Of a stretch of 64,000 nt of DNA, positions 1 through 9,691 are shown one piece after another. The notes under the pieces are model-generated. The model did not search any database. It was not told the origin of the DNA and saw only the letters and a list, made by a program, of their open reading frames with translations. Each line of letters starts with the position of its first letter. Position 1 is the first letter of the stretch. Origin of the DNA: Bacteroidales bacterium (GTDB taxonomy: Bacteria; Bacteroidota; Bacteroidia; Bacteroidales; P3). Made by a program: the position numbers and the translations under genes. The stretch is from NCBI GenBank assembly GCA_017479385.1, contig JAFVCE010000024.1, positions 21,179 through 85,178 on the forward strand, given 5' to 3'.

Positions 1-534
1 GACCACTATGCAGCGGCTGCCAACAAAGCAGTGGTCTTCGACGATGACGGGGGCAGCTTGAACCGGCTCGAGCACCCCGCCAATGCCAACTCCGCCACTG
101 AGGTGCACGTTGCGACCAATCTGGGCACACGAGCCCACGGTGGCCCATGTGTCGACCATGGTTCCGCTGTCTACATAGGCGCCGATGTTGACGTAGGATG
201 GCATCATCACAACGCCTTGGGCCAGGTAGGCGCCGTGGCGCGCAACGGCGTGGGGTACAACGCGAACACCCTGCTCGGCATATCCTTTCTTTAGGGGAAT
301 TTTGTCGTGGAACTGGAACGGGCCGACCTCGATGGTCTGCATTTGTTTTAGTGGGAAATAGAGCAGAACGGCTTTTTTTACCCATTGGTTAACTTGCCAG
401 CCGTTGGTGCTTGGTTCGGCCACACGCAGTTGGCCGCGGTCCAACTGGTCTATCACGGTTTCGATGGCTTCGGCCACCTCGCAATTGTTTAGCAGGGAGC
501 GGTCCTCCCAAGCTTGTTCGATTAGTTGTTGCAT
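1..534 (-). CDS. dapD: 2,3,4,5-tetrahydropyridine-2,6-dicarboxylate N-succinyltransferase, first ~178 codons (gene runs off window start)
   Basis: Not in the ORF track because it is open at position 1. Hand translation of the reverse strand from ATG at 534-532 gives [60 protein letters not shown]...[42 protein letters not shown]. This matches the DapD N-domain plus the hexapeptide-repeat pattern. Confidence 0.85.
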   Translation of the reverse strand, partial: MQQLIEQAWEDRSLLNNCEVAEAIETVIDQLDRGQLRVAEPSTNGWQVNQWVKKAVLLYFPLKQMQTIEVGPFQFHDKIPLKKGYAEQGVRVVPHAVARHGAYLAQGVVMMPSYVNIGAYVDSGTMVDTWATVGSCAQIGRNVHLSGGVGIGGVLEPVQAAPVIVEDHCFVGSRCIVV

Positions 535-542
535 AGCGACTG

Positions 543-550
543 CAAAATTA
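543..550 (-). promoter_or_regulatory. Bacteroidota-type -7 box TAATTTTG upstream of dapD
   Basis: The reverse complement of caaaatta matches TAnnTTTG. It lies only 9 nt from the dapD ATG, implying a very short leader. Confidence 0.55.
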
Positions 551-601
551 CACAAAAAAATTGATTTATGAACTTTTTTTCGCTGTTTCTGAAAAAATGT
601 G

Positions 602-609
602 TAAATTTG
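602..609 (+). promoter_or_regulatory. Bacteroidota-type -7 box TAAATTTG upstream of the phosphonate operon
   Basis: TAAATTTG lies 30 nt upstream of the ATG at 639. The 19-nt context gaaaaaatgtgtaaatttg is identical to the ileS promoter context at 47551-47569. Confidence 0.6.
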
Positions 610-638
610 CATTTTATTTTGGTAATCATTAAAAGAAA

Positions 639-1133
639 ATGAAAAACACTTTTGAAATCAGCCGTAGTTTGGTTTTGCGCGACTCTGCAATGGTCGCCAT
701 CTTTGTTGGAGCAGTGTGTGGCCTTTCTGCTATGAGCCACCTGATAGCCCTGCCTGTCAAGGCATTGAACCCGATGCTCATAGCTCTCGTGGCCGGGTTA
801 GCGCTGTTGCGCGACCGCCGCTTTGGCTATATTTTGGCCGTGGCTTTACCGTTCGTTTCCTGCCTGCTGACCGGTATGCCTACCCCCCTCACTGCCCTCT
901 GTATGGCTGCCGAATTTGCAACCGTTGTCGCCCTCGTGTCGCTGCTCGAGAACCGCATGAGCCACCTGTCTGCCATTGTTTCTGCCATTGCTGGTGGCAA
1001 GGTGGTTTACTATCTGATAAAGGCCGTTGTCATTTCCCCTGTTGCCTTATTCGGCACAAGCTTTGTGTGGCAACTGCTGTCGGTGGCTATTGCCGCAGGC
1101 CTCTATTATTTAATATCGGCCAAACGCCAATAA
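639..1133 (+). CDS. small polytopic membrane protein, function unknown (first gene of phosphonate operon)
   Basis: 164-aa ORF with about 5 hydrophobic helices and no catalytic motif that I recognise. Its stop is 3 nt before the next start, which suggests co-transcription. Confidence 0.7.
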   Translation: MKNTFEISRSLVLRDSAMVAIFVGAVCGLSAMSHLIALPVKALNPMLIALVAGLALLRDRRFGYILAVALPFVSCLLTGMPTPLTALCMAAEFATVVALVSLLENRMSHLSAIVSAIAGGKVVYYLIKAVVISPVALFGTSFVWQLLSVAIAAGLYYLISAKRQ

Positions 1134-1136
1134 AAA

Positions 1137-1820
1137 ATGAATATCGCTGTCGTATTAGCCGGAGGGGTAGGTCACCGTATGGGGGCCGACAAGCCTAAGC
1201 AGTTCTTGCAACTGGCTGGTAGGCAGGTTATTGAATATTCTATTAGTACTTTCGACGCTCACCCTGGAGTCGATGAGGTTGCAGTTGTTGTTCACCCCGA
1301 CTACCGTGCTGACTTGCAGGCCATAGTAGAGCGCAATAATTGGCCAAAACTGAAAAAGATTATCGAAGGCGGTAGCGAACGCTATCTTTCCACTTTGTCC
1401 GCCATAAGGGCCTATGCTGACCAACCCGAGGCTAACCTTTTGCTGCACGACGCGGCACGCCCGCTGGTTTCGGCCGAGGTGGTGACGAGATTGATTAAGG
1501 CTTTAGCTACAAACGCTGCGGTGGCGGTAGTCCTGCCTTCTGTCGACACTGTTTTTTGTGTCGAAAGTGGAAAAATAATCGACGTGCCACCCCGTAGTTC
1601 GATTATGTGCGCCCAAACACCTCAAGCTTTTCGCCACAAAGTAATTTCCCAAGCCTACACTTTGGCCCTGAAAGACCCTGCCTTTACCGCTACCGATGAC
1701 TGTGGTGTGCTCCACCACTACTTACCAGAAGTGCCAATCGCAGTGGTCGAAGGCGAACCACAAAACATGAAAATAACCCATCCAGCCGATATTGACATCT
1801 TGTCCAAATACTTTCAATAA
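1137..1820 (+). CDS. IspD/TarI-family cytidylyltransferase (GT-A fold nucleotidyltransferase)
   Basis: 227 aa. The N-terminal AVVLAGGVGHRMGADKPKQF motif and the HDAARP and TDD segments are typical of IspD-like CDP-alcohol/CMP-forming transferases. Its substrate cannot be read from the sequence. Confidence 0.8.
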   Translation: MNIAVVLAGGVGHRMGADKPKQFLQLAGRQVIEYSISTFDAHPGVDEVAVVVHPDYRADLQAIVERNNWPKLKKIIEGGSERYLSTLSAIRAYADQPEANLLLHDAARPLVSAEVVTRLIKALATNAAVAVVLPSVDTVFCVESGKIIDVPPRSSIMCAQTPQAFRHKVISQAYTLALKDPAFTATDDCGVLHHYLPEVPIAVVEGEPQNMKITHPADIDILSKYFQ

Positions 1821-1832
1821 ACAAATATTGCT

Positions 1833-3137
1833 ATGAAACAGGTTTACGTCGGTATGAGCGCCGACATGATTCATCCGGGACACCTTAATATAATACACGA
1901 AGCCGTCAAGTTGGGCAGCGTCACCGTGGGCGTACTCACCGACGCGGCCATCGCCAGCTACAAGCGTCTGCCGTACCTCACCTACGAGCAACGCGCCGAG
2001 ATTGTAAGTAACATTAAAGGTGTAGACCGTGTGGTTCCGCAAACAACGCTCGACTATGTGCCCAACCTGCGAGAACTGAAGCCCGATTATGTTGTTCATG
2101 GCGACGATTGGAAAGAGGGTGTGCAGCAAAAGACTCGCCAACGTATTATCGAAGTGATGGCAGAGTGGGGTGGCAAGGTAATCGATATACCTTATACACA
2201 GGGTATTAGCAGTACCGCTATGAACCAACGCTTGAAAGAGATTGGCACCACACCCGAAATTAGGATGAAGCGTCTGCGCCGCCTTATTGGGGCTAAAAAG
2301 ATTGTCCGTATACTCGAGAGCCACAGCGGTTTGACGGGTCTCATTATCGAAAATACCAGCGTCGAAGTTAACGGCAAGAAAGAGGAGTTCGACGGTATGT
2401 GGGCAAGCAGCCTCACCGACAGTACCAGCAAAGGTAAGCCCGACATCGAGGCGGTGGACATAACAACGCGTCTGCACGACCTGAACGACGCCCTCGAGGT
2501 CACTACCAAGCCTGTAATATTCGATGGCGACACTGGCGGCAAAGTCGAGCACTTCGTTTTCACTGTCCGCACCCTCGAGCGCCTCGGCATTTCGGCCGTG
2601 ATTATAGAGGATAAGGTAGGGCTGAAACAGAATTCGTTATTCGGCACCGATGCCGTCCAAACACAAGACACCATCGAGGGCTTTAGTGCTAAAATCCGCG
2701 CCGGTAAGAACGCCCAAATCACCGAAGATTTCATGATAATTGCCCGCGTAGAGAGCCTAATTGCTGGTAAGCCGGTCGAAGACGCCCTCGAGCGCGCTCA
2801 TGCCTACGTAGCCGCTGGCGCCGACGGCATTATGATTCACAGCAAAAACAAAGACGGGCAAGACATTAAAGAGTTCTGCCAACGCTTCCGCGCAACCGAT
2901 GTTGAGACCCCAATTGTGGCTGTCCCAACAACCTATAATCAGTTTACAGAAGACGAGCTGGCCTCCTGGGGCATTAACGTCGTTATTTACGCCAACCATA
3001 TGCTCCGTGCTGCCTACCCGGCAATGGTCGACTGCGCAAGGAGCATACTCACCCATCAGCGTAGCCTCGAAGCTTCGGAACAGTACTGTATGCCTATCAA
3101 AGAAATACTTACCCTCATTCCTGGAACTAAGAAATGA
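1833..3137 (+). CDS. aepX: bifunctional cytidylyltransferase-like domain / phosphoenolpyruvate mutase (PepM)
   Basis: 434 aa. Residues 1 to about 130 carry an HxGH (HPGH) TagD/ECT-like cytidylyltransferase fold. The rest carries PEP-mutase motifs ([29 protein letters not shown]). Confidence 0.85.
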   Translation: MKQVYVGMSADMIHPGHLNIIHEAVKLGSVTVGVLTDAAIASYKRLPYLTYEQRAEIVSNIKGVDRVVPQTTLDYVPNLRELKPDYVVHGDDWKEGVQQKTRQRIIEVMAEWGGKVIDIPYTQGISSTAMNQRLKEIGTTPEIRMKRLRRLIGAKKIVRILESHSGLTGLIIENTSVEVNGKKEEFDGMWASSLTDSTSKGKPDIEAVDITTRLHDLNDALEVTTKPVIFDGDTGGKVEHFVFTVRTLERLGISAVIIEDKVGLKQNSLFGTDAVQTQDTIEGFSAKIRAGKNAQITEDFMIIARVESLIAGKPVEDALERAHAYVAAGADGIMIHSKNKDGQDIKEFCQRFRATDVETPIVAVPTTYNQFTEDELASWGINVVIYANHMLRAAYPAMVDCARSILTHQRSLEASEQYCMPIKEILTLIPGTKK

Positions 3138-4258
3138 TTGATACACAGTTCTTTGTAGAAACGTTGCGCAGTGGTGGAATCGACTTTTTTGCCGGCGTCC
3201 CAGACTCGTTGCTCAAAAATGTTTGCGCCTACATAACCGACCACCTCGACGCAGCGCATAACATCATAGCCGCCAACGAGGGTGCTGCTGTGGCGCTGGC
3301 TGCTGGTCACTACCTCGCAACTGGCTCCCCAGCCTGCGTCTATATGCAGAACAGTGGCGAGGGTAACGCCGTCAACCCACTTGCCTCGCTCACCGACCCC
3401 GAGGTATACAACATCCCACTGCTGCTCCTCATAGGCTGGCGTGGGCGCCCGGGAGTTCACGACGAGCCGCAACACATCAAGCAGGGAAAAATAACCATGG
3501 GCTTACTCAATGTGCTGGGAATCAACTACGATGTGCTCTCTAAAGACGAATCGGTAGCCGCACGTCAGCTCGCCGTTGCGCTCGCGGCCGTCAAGTCGGG
3601 CTCGACCTACGCTATAGTGGTCGAAAAAGATACTTTCGACGCCTACCAACTCCAATCAAAAACCGAAACCAACCTCGCGCTCGGTCGCGAAGAGGCCATT
3701 GGCTACGTGGCTCGCGCCATAGGTTCTAACGACGTGATTGTCAGTACAACGGGAATGATTAGTCGCGAACTTTTCGAGTACCGTGTGGCCATGGGGCAAG
3801 GGCACGAACGCGACTTCCTTACAGTTGGTTCGATGGGTCACGCCTCGCAGATTGCTCTCGGCATCGCTTTGGCACAACCTCAGCGCCGAGTTTGGTGCTT
3901 CGATGGCGATGGTGCAACAATAATGCACATGGGGTCTATGGCAATTTTGGCCTCTAAAAAGGTCGAAAACTACGTCCACGTGGTGTTCAACAATGGCGCA
4001 CACGACTCGGTTGGAGGTCAGCCCACCGTTGGGCTGCAAATAGACCTCCCTGCTGTTGCCCGCGCAGTTGGCTATAGCCACGCTATGAGTGTCGAAACGG
4101 TAGATGACCTTGCTAATTCTCTCAAAGTTATTGAAAATCAGAAAGGTGTAATTTTGCTCGAGGTCAAGGTCCGCAAAGGTAACCGCAAAGACCTCGGCCG
4201 CCCAACCACAACGCCGGTGCAGAACAAGGAAGCTCTGATGAACTTCCTTCGCAGTTGA
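3134..4258 (+). CDS. aepY: phosphonopyruvate decarboxylase (ThDP-dependent)
   Basis: 374 aa with ThDP-binding motif FDGDGA...[11 protein letters not shown] and an N-terminus typical of Ppd ([11 protein letters not shown]). It overlaps the PepM gene by an ATGA overlap. Confidence 0.85.
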   Translation: MIDTQFFVETLRSGGIDFFAGVPDSLLKNVCAYITDHLDAAHNIIAANEGAAVALAAGHYLATGSPACVYMQNSGEGNAVNPLASLTDPEVYNIPLLLLIGWRGRPGVHDEPQHIKQGKITMGLLNVLGINYDVLSKDESVAARQLAVALAAVKSGSTYAIVVEKDTFDAYQLQSKTETNLALGREEAIGYVARAIGSNDVIVSTTGMISRELFEYRVAMGQGHERDFLTVGSMGHASQIALGIALAQPQRRVWCFDGDGATIMHMGSMAILASKKVENYVHVVFNNGAHDSVGGQPTVGLQIDLPAVARAVGYSHAMSVETVDDLANSLKVIENQKGVILLEVKVRKGNRKDLGRPTTTPVQNKEALMNFLRS

Positions 4259-4281
4259 GTTCGCCCACCAATATTAATATA

Positions 4282-4339
4282 CCAGCCAACAAGTGTGTTC
4301 GCGTTAGTCTGAATTTGCTTGTTGGCTGGTTTAGTTTTT
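4282..4339 (+). terminator. hairpin plus T-rich tract after the phosphonate operon
   Basis: ccagccaacaag (4282-4293) pairs with cttgttggctgg (4318-4329) and is followed by tttagttttt. Confidence 0.6.
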
Positions 4340-4429
4340 GGCTTGGGTAGTGTTTGGCTCGAAACGTAGGCCCAAAATCGTTGTAATTTTTACCTCTTCT
4401 GGAGGTGCTTCGTGCGATAAAAATCGTTG

Positions 4430-4484
4430 GAGTATTCGATGTTAATACGACCTTAACCCGACCTTAACCCGACTATGACCCATT
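4430..4484 (+). repeat. 11-bp phased repeat array, short member of the dispersed family (copy H)
   Basis: Units are gagtattcgat gttaatacgac cttaacccgac cttaacccgac tatgacccatt. The array overlaps the ohrR stop codon at 4473-4475. Confidence 0.7.
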
Positions 4485-4934
4485 GACATTTTTTTGTCGA
4501 GAGTCGAGTCGGGCGATGAGTTTGTCGAGCAGGTTGGCCATCTGTTTCAGTTCCGAAGTGTCGTCGGTTGTACATTGCAAAGTGTCTATCATGCATTCGG
4601 GTATCTGTTGCGCTCGCTCTTCGAGCTCGCGCCCGCGCCATGAGAGGCTCACAATGGTCTGCCGGCTGTCGGTCTTGCCCTTGCTGCGGTCGAGCAGGTT
4701 AGCCTGTTCCATACGCTTTATGAGAGGCGTGATGGTGTTTGTTTCGAGTTTGAGCCGCCGAGCAATGTCGCCCACTGTCTGGTTATCGCGCTCCCAGAGC
4801 ACGAGCATCACCAGATATTGGGGGTAGGTGAGGCCCAGCGGCTCGAGCAGCGGGTGGTAGGCCTGGGTGATTAGGCGCGACGCTGTGTAGAGCCTGAAAC
4901 AGAGTTGGTTATCGAGTTTCAACGAGGGGGTCAT
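4473..4934 (-). CDS. ohrR: MarR-family, OhrR-type peroxide-sensing repressor
   Basis: LDNQLCFRLY (the OhrR sensing-Cys motif) plus a winged-helix MarR core. I place the start at MTPSLKLD (ATG 4934-4932), 7 nt after the gpx stop. The longer track ORF up to 5009 overlaps gpx. Confidence 0.8.
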   Translation of the reverse strand: MTPSLKLDNQLCFRLYTASRLITQAYHPLLEPLGLTYPQYLVMLVLWERDNQTVGDIARRLKLETNTITPLIKRMEQANLLDRSKGKTDSRQTIVSLSWRGRELEERAQQIPECMIDTLQCTTDDTSELKQMANLLDKLIARLDSRQKNVNGS

Positions 4935-4941
4935 CGTCAGG

Positions 4942-5430
4942 TCAGGCTTGCTTGTTGAGCATGGCTTCGATGTCGGCTTCGATTTTTTCGGGTGCGGTGG
5001 TGGGAGCAAAACGTTTGATGGTCTTGCCGTCGCGCGAGATAAGGAATTTGGTGAAGTTCCATTTCACAGCGTCGCCCAGCAGTCCGCGAGTCTCTTTGCG
5101 CAGATATTTGAATATAGGATGAGCGTTGTCGCCGTTGACGTCGATTTTTTGCATGATTTGGAAGCTCACTCCATAGTTCACCTGGCAGAAACTCTCGATT
5201 TCGCTATCGGTTCCGGGGTCCTGGTTGGCAAACTGGTTGCATGGGAAGCCGATGACCACCAAGCCGCGGTCGCGATACTTCTCGTTCAACTTTTCGAGCC
5301 CTTCGAACTGCGGGGTGAAGCCACATTTGCTGGCTGTGTTGACAATTAGTAGCACCTTGCCTTCGAACTGTGCAAAGTCGAGTTCGGTGCCTTTGCTGGT
5401 GTTTGCTTTAAATGTGTGGATTGTTGCCAT
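4942..5430 (-). CDS. gpx: glutathione peroxidase family (BtuE/Gpx-like thiol peroxidase)
   Basis: 162 aa with NTASKCGFTPQ catalytic Cys motif and GFPCNQF. Confidence 0.9.
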   Translation of the reverse strand: MATIHTFKANTSKGTELDFAQFEGKVLLIVNTASKCGFTPQFEGLEKLNEKYRDRGLVVIGFPCNQFANQDPGTDSEIESFCQVNYGVSFQIMQKIDVNGDNAHPIFKYLRKETRGLLGDAVKWNFTKFLISRDGKTIKRFAPTTAPEKIEADIEAMLNKQA

Positions 5431-5640
5431 AATATCTTGAAGTTTAATGATTAATGTTTCGTGTGGGTTGAATTTTGTATTGTGTGTTTATTACTATGTT
5501 GTTATCAAATTTATATCGTTCACGATGCAAATTTACAAATTTTTTTTGATATAACTGTCTGTAGTGTAAATTTTAACAATATTTAACATTGTGTCGTGCG
5601 CGATATAAATCGTAAATATGTCATAATGAGCGTTTTATTG

Positions 5641-5683
5641 TATAAAAGAAGAGTGCTGCAAACATTGAGCTTGCAGCACTCTT
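5641..5683 (-). terminator. rplS terminator hairpin
   Basis: 13-bp stem, aagagtgctgcaa (5649-5661) with ttgcagcactctt (5671-5683). On the minus strand it is followed by cttttata. Confidence 0.7.
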
Positions 5684-5711
5684 GTGCCAAACATATCGGG
5701 TGGCGCTAATT

Positions 5712-6065
5712 TTAGCGACGTTTTTCTTTAATACGGGCTTTCTTACCGGTGAGATTGCGCAGGTAGAAGATGCGAGCGCGACGGACAGAACCGTACTTGT
5801 TCACGTCGATTTGTTCGATAAACGGGCTCGCGATGGGGAATATTCTTTCCACACCAACTCCGTTGGCAATTTTGCGGACAGTAAAGGTCTCAGTCGATCC
5901 GCTTCCGCTGCGTTGCAGCACAACGCCCTGGAAGTTTTGGATACGTTCCTTGTTTCCTTCTTTAATTTTGTAATGGACAGTGATGGTATCGCCAGCCTTG
6001 AAGTTGGGGAACTCTTTGCGCTCGACCAAGTTCTCGACGAATTGCATTAATTCAGTTTTTCCCAT
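5712..6065 (-). CDS. rplS: 50S ribosomal protein L19
   Basis: 117 aa with [28 protein letters not shown] and RRARIFYLR motifs. Confidence 0.95.
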   Translation of the reverse strand: MGKTELMQFVENLVERKEFPNFKAGDTITVHYKIKEGNKERIQNFQGVVLQRSGSGSTETFTVRKIANGVGVERIFPIASPFIEQIDVNKYGSVRRARIFYLRNLTGKKARIKEKRR

Positions 6066-6118
6066 GACATTAAGTTTTTAAAAGTTTGACGACTCGTGTT
6101 GCTTGGTTTGGTTCATTA

Positions 6119-6463
6119 CTATTTTACCATCTTCACAACGGCGCTAAAAGCCTCGGGATGGTTCATGGCCAGGTCGGCGAGGACTTTGCGGTTGAGTTCG
6201 ATGTTGTTTTTGTGCAAACCACCCATGAAAACAGAGTAGGATATTCCGTTGATGCGGCAGCCGGCGTTGATACGGTTAATCCACAGGGCGCGGAACTCGC
6301 GCTTTTTGTTCTTTCTGTCGCGGTAGGCGTAGGTCTGACCTTTTTCCCATTTGTTTTTGGCTACGGTCCATACGTTTTTGCCTCTACCCCAATAGCCTTT
6401 GGTGCGGTTGAGGATTTTTTTTCTGCGTGCTCTTGAGGCGACGGCATTGACTGATCTTGGCAT
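6119..6463 (-). CDS. rplT: 50S ribosomal protein L20
   Basis: 114 aa, [18 protein letters not shown]...[21 protein letters not shown]. Confidence 0.95.
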   Translation of the reverse strand: MPRSVNAVASRARRKKILNRTKGYWGRGKNVWTVAKNKWEKGQTYAYRDRKNKKREFRALWINRINAGCRINGISYSVFMGGLHKNNIELNRKVLADLAMNHPEAFSAVVKMVK

Positions 6464-6622
6464 AGTTTAATTGATTTTTCGTTTAAGCGAAGGTCTCTTT
6501 CCGATGTTCCGCCACTCGGGGGCGGAGGGTTGTTCGGTTTCCTTTCTTTGGTGCTCTAAACAATGGTTAATAACTCCGTTTGTTGTTTTGGCGCAACTGG
6601 CGGTTGCGCGCTTACTTTTTTG

Positions 6623-6817
6623 TTAGGCGAGGAGCATACGTTTGACGCGTTTCTCGTCGTCACGGCTGACCAAGGCGGTGTGGTCCAGATTGCGTTTCTG
6701 GGTGGTCTCCTTTTTGGTCAGGATGTGGCTGTGATAAGCATGCTTTCTCTTGATTTTGCCGGTGCCGGTGAACGTGAAGCGCTTCTTGGCAGCGGCTTTG
6801 GTCTTCATTTTGGGCAT
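6623..6817 (-). CDS. rpmI: 50S ribosomal protein L35
   Basis: 64 aa, [14 protein letters not shown]. Confidence 0.95.
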   Translation of the reverse strand: MPKMKTKAAAKKRFTFTGTGKIKRKHAYHSHILTKKETTQKRNLDHTALVSRDDEKRVKRMLLA

Positions 6818-6876
6818 TACTTTACTGTTTTTTAAGTTGACTTATATTATTGCGGTATGTTTGGTTTCGTGTGTGG

Positions 6877-7395
6877 TCAGCCCTGTTTTTTTGGGGCGAT
6901 TATCATAAGCATACGTTTACCTTCGAGGCGTGGCATGACTTCTGGTTTGCCATAGTCGAGCAGCGCTTCGGCAAATTTGAGCAGCTGGGCTTCGCCTTGC
7001 TCTTTGTAGACTATGGCGCGGCCGCGGAAGAAGACGTCGACCTTCACCTTGTTCCCTTCTTTGAGGAAGCGGATGGCGTGGTTGAGCTTGAACTCGAAAT
7101 CGTGGTCGTCGGTCTGCGGACTGAGTCGGATCTCTTTGATGACGATTTTTGCCGAGTTGGCTTTGCGCTCTTTCTCTTTCTTTTTTTGCTCGTAGAGGTA
7201 CTTTTGGTACTCTATGATGCGGCACACGGGCGGTGTGGCGTTGGGCGAAATCATCACGAGGTCGAGTCCTTCGTCGTATGCCATCTTCAGGGCATCGCGG
7301 GTGTTCATAATGGTGGCTTCCTTACCTTCGGCCACGACGCGTACCATTGGCACGTCGATTCGCTCGTTGGTTAGGTGTTCGGGCTCTTTACGCAC
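6877..7395 (-). CDS. infC: translation initiation factor IF-3
   Basis: 172 aa starting from GTG at 7395, with ISPNATPPVCRIIEYQKYLY. The frame stays open upstream to 7467, and an in-frame ATA at 7455-7453 is the only other near-cognate start. Confidence 0.9.
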   Translation of the reverse strand: MRKEPEHLTNERIDVPMVRVVAEGKEATIMNTRDALKMAYDEGLDLVMISPNATPPVCRIIEYQKYLYEQKKKEKERKANSAKIVIKEIRLSPQTDDHDFEFKLNHAIRFLKEGNKVKVDVFFRGRAIVYKEQGEAQLLKFAEALLDYGKPEVMPRLEGKRMLMIIAPKKQG

Positions 7396-7502
7396 TGGGC
7401 CGCGGTTGCGTCCGCGTGGGTTAGGTTGGCCGTTGGATTTGTAGGGTGCTGCTATGGCTTGGGTCTCCTATATTAAGTGAATATTCTTTGTTTTTCAGTT
7501 TG

Positions 7503-9434
7503 TTACATCAATTGTTGGATTTCGGCATTTACCATTTCGGCAAAAGCTTTGGGTGTCATTGCGCCGAGGTCGCCTGCGCCTTGACGGCGAACGCTCACCG
7601 TGCCGTCGGCTATCTCTTTCTCGCCGAGTATGAGCATGAAAGGTATGCGTGCCAGTTCGGCATCGCGAATCTTGCGACCGATTTTCTCGCTGCGCTCGTC
7701 GATGGTTCCGCGGAGGTCCATGTCGTCGAGTTGTTGCTTGAGGGCTTGGGCTTGTTCGATGTATTTTTCGCTGACGGGGAGCACGATGAATTGCTCAGGG
7801 GTGAGCCACAGTGGGAATTTGCCAGCGGTGTGTTCGATAAGTACAGCGCAGAAGCGTTCCATCGAGCCGAAGGGGGCGCGGTGAATCATCACGGGGCGGT
7901 GTTTCTGTCCGTCGCTGCCAATGTATTCCAAGCCGAAGCGCTCGGGCAGGTTGTAGTCTACCTGAATGGTGCCCAACTGCCAGCGACGGCCGAGGGCGTC
8001 TTTGACCATGAAGTCGAGTTTGGGACCGTAGAAAGCGGCTTCGCCGTACTCCACTTTGGCTTTGAGGCCTTTTTCTTGGCAAGCGTCGACGATGGCTTGC
8101 TCGGCGCGTGCCCAGTTTTCGTCGCTACCCACATATTTGGTTTTGTTGTTCGGGTCGCGGAGCGAGATTTGGGCCTCGAACGATTCGAAGCTGAGGGCTT
8201 TGAAGATGATGGCAATGATGTCCATCACTTTGATGAATTCGTCCTTAACTTGGTCGGGGCGGCAGTAGATGTGGGCGTCGTCTTGAGTAAAAGAACGCAC
8301 GCGCGTGAGCCCGTGGAGTTCGCCGCTTTGTTCGTAGCGATATACTGTGCCGAATTCGGCATAGCGCAGCGGTAGGTCTTTGTAGGAGTGGGGCTCGTTT
8401 TTGTATATCATGCAGTGGTGGGGGCAGTTCATTGGTTTGAGTAGGTAGACTTCGCCCTCTTCGGGTGTGGTGATGGGGCGGAAACTATCCTCGCCGTAGT
8501 GCTCCCAGTGGCCCGAAGTTTCGTAAAGGCGTTTGCCACCGATGTGGGGCGTGATTACTTGCTGGTAACCGTAGCGTTTCTGGATTTTGGTGAGGAATTG
8601 TTGTAGGCGTAGGCGCAGTTCGGTGCCTTTGGGCAACCAGATGGGGAGGCCTTTGCCAACGGTCTCGTTGAACATGAAGAGTCCCAGTTCTTTGCCAATT
8701 TTGCGGTGGTCGCGTTTTTTGGCTTCTTCGAGCAGGGTGATGTATTCGTCGAGTTCTTTCTTCTTTGGGAATGAGATGGCGTAGATGCGAGTGAGTTGTG
8801 GACGGTGTTCGTCGCCACGCCAGTAGGCGCCAGCCAAGTTGATGAGTTTGACGGCTTTGATGGGGCTGAAGTCGACCAGGTGGGGGCCACGGCAAAGGTC
8901 GGTGAACGAGCCGCTTTCGTAGAACGAGATGGTGCCGTCTTGGAGGTCGTTGATGAGTTCTACTTTGTAGTTCTCGCCACGGCCTTCGAACTCGTTAAGA
9001 GCCTCGGCTTTAGAAACTTCGCGACGGGTGATAGTGGTTTTGGCGCTGACGAGTTCCTGCATCTTTTTCTCGATTTTGGGGAAGTCGTCGCTCGAAATTT
9101 CGTATTGGCCAAAGTCGATGTCGTAGTAAAATCCGTTTTCGATTGCGGGGCCGATGCCGAATTTTATGCCTGGGTAGAGCTCGTTGAGGGCTGTGGCCAG
9201 GAGGTGGGCCGAGGTGTGCCAGAAGGTGTGTTTGCCATCCTCGTCGTTCCAGGTGAGGAGTTGAACTGTGGCGTCGTCGTTGATTGGACGGTAGAGTTCG
9301 GTAACTTTGTCGTTCACTTTGGCCGCCAACACGTTGCGTGCGAGGCCTTCGCTGATGCTTTTTGCTATGTCGAGAGGGGTTGTCCCTGCCTCGTATTGGT
9401 GCACAGAACCGTCTGGTAATGTGATGTTTATCAT
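7503..9434 (-). CDS. thrS: threonine--tRNA ligase
   Basis: 643 aa with an N-terminal TGS domain, a class II core and an anticodon-binding C-terminus. Confidence 0.95.
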   Translation of the reverse strand: MINITLPDGSVHQYEAGTTPLDIAKSISEGLARNVLAAKVNDKVTELYRPINDDATVQLLTWNDEDGKHTFWHTSAHLLATALNELYPGIKFGIGPAIENGFYYDIDFGQYEISSDDFPKIEKKMQELVSAKTTITRREVSKAEALNEFEGRGENYKVELINDLQDGTISFYESGSFTDLCRGPHLVDFSPIKAVKLINLAGAYWRGDEHRPQLTRIYAISFPKKKELDEYITLLEEAKKRDHRKIGKELGLFMFNETVGKGLPIWLPKGTELRLRLQQFLTKIQKRYGYQQVITPHIGGKRLYETSGHWEHYGEDSFRPITTPEEGEVYLLKPMNCPHHCMIYKNEPHSYKDLPLRYAEFGTVYRYEQSGELHGLTRVRSFTQDDAHIYCRPDQVKDEFIKVMDIIAIIFKALSFESFEAQISLRDPNNKTKYVGSDENWARAEQAIVDACQEKGLKAKVEYGEAAFYGPKLDFMVKDALGRRWQLGTIQVDYNLPERFGLEYIGSDGQKHRPVMIHRAPFGSMERFCAVLIEHTAGKFPLWLTPEQFIVLPVSEKYIEQAQALKQQLDDMDLRGTIDERSEKIGRKIRDAELARIPFMLILGEKEIADGTVSVRRQGAGDLGAMTPKAFAEMVNAEIQQLM

Positions 9435-9471
9435 TGTTTCTCGGTGTTTTTCGTGTGTTCTATAGTTGTTG

Positions 9472-9479
9472 CAAAGTTA
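9472..9479 (-). promoter_or_regulatory. -7 box TAACTTTG upstream of thrS
   Basis: The reverse complement of caaagtta lies 38 nt upstream of the thrS ATG. Confidence 0.55.
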
Positions 9480-9529
9480 CAACATTTTTTCGAATTGGCA
9501 AAAAAAACATTTTTTGTTGTTTTTTTGTC

Positions 9530-9565
9530 AAAAAAACAAGACGACCTTTTTTGTTGGTCGTCTTG
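9530..9565 (-). terminator. intrinsic terminator after tRNA-Glu
   Basis: On the minus strand, caagacgacc - loop - ggtcgtcttg is followed by a run of 7 T (plus-strand A-run 9530-9536). Confidence 0.75.
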
Positions 9566-9570
9566 TTGTG

Positions 9571-9644
9571 TACCGCATATGAGAGTCGAACTCATGATCT
9601 TCTGCGTGAGAGGCAGATGTCCTGGACCACTAGACGAATGCGGC
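9571..9644 (-). tRNA. tRNA-Glu (anticodon CUC)
   Basis: The reverse complement GCCGCATTCGTCTAGTGGTCCAGGACATCTGCCTCTCACGCAGAAGATCATGAGTTCGACTCTCATATGCGGTA folds by hand into a cloverleaf. The anticodon loop is CT-CTC-AC, the T-loop is TTCGACT and the D-arm resembles tRNA-Glu. CCA is not encoded. Confidence 0.85.
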
Positions 9645-9683
9645 ATTCTCTGTGATGGTCGATTTCTCTTTCGAAATCGGCTG

Positions 9684-9691
9684 CAAAATTA
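9684..9691 (-). promoter_or_regulatory. -7 box TAATTTTG upstream of tRNA-Glu
   Basis: The reverse complement of caaaatta lies 40 nt upstream of the mature tRNA 5' end. Confidence 0.5.

Noticed and set aside
7446-8375. Long antisense ORFs opposite real genes (for example 7446-8375 +, 10427-11137 +, 15566-16606 +, 22190-23116 +, 24850-25593 +, 29444-30532 -, 32329-33153 -, 42481-43647 -, 52112-53215 +, 59845-60423 +)
   Set aside because: These are typical high-GC shadow ORFs. They have V/G/A/H/F-rich or R/P-rich composition and no motifs. Each lies fully inside a gene with strong homology on the other strand.
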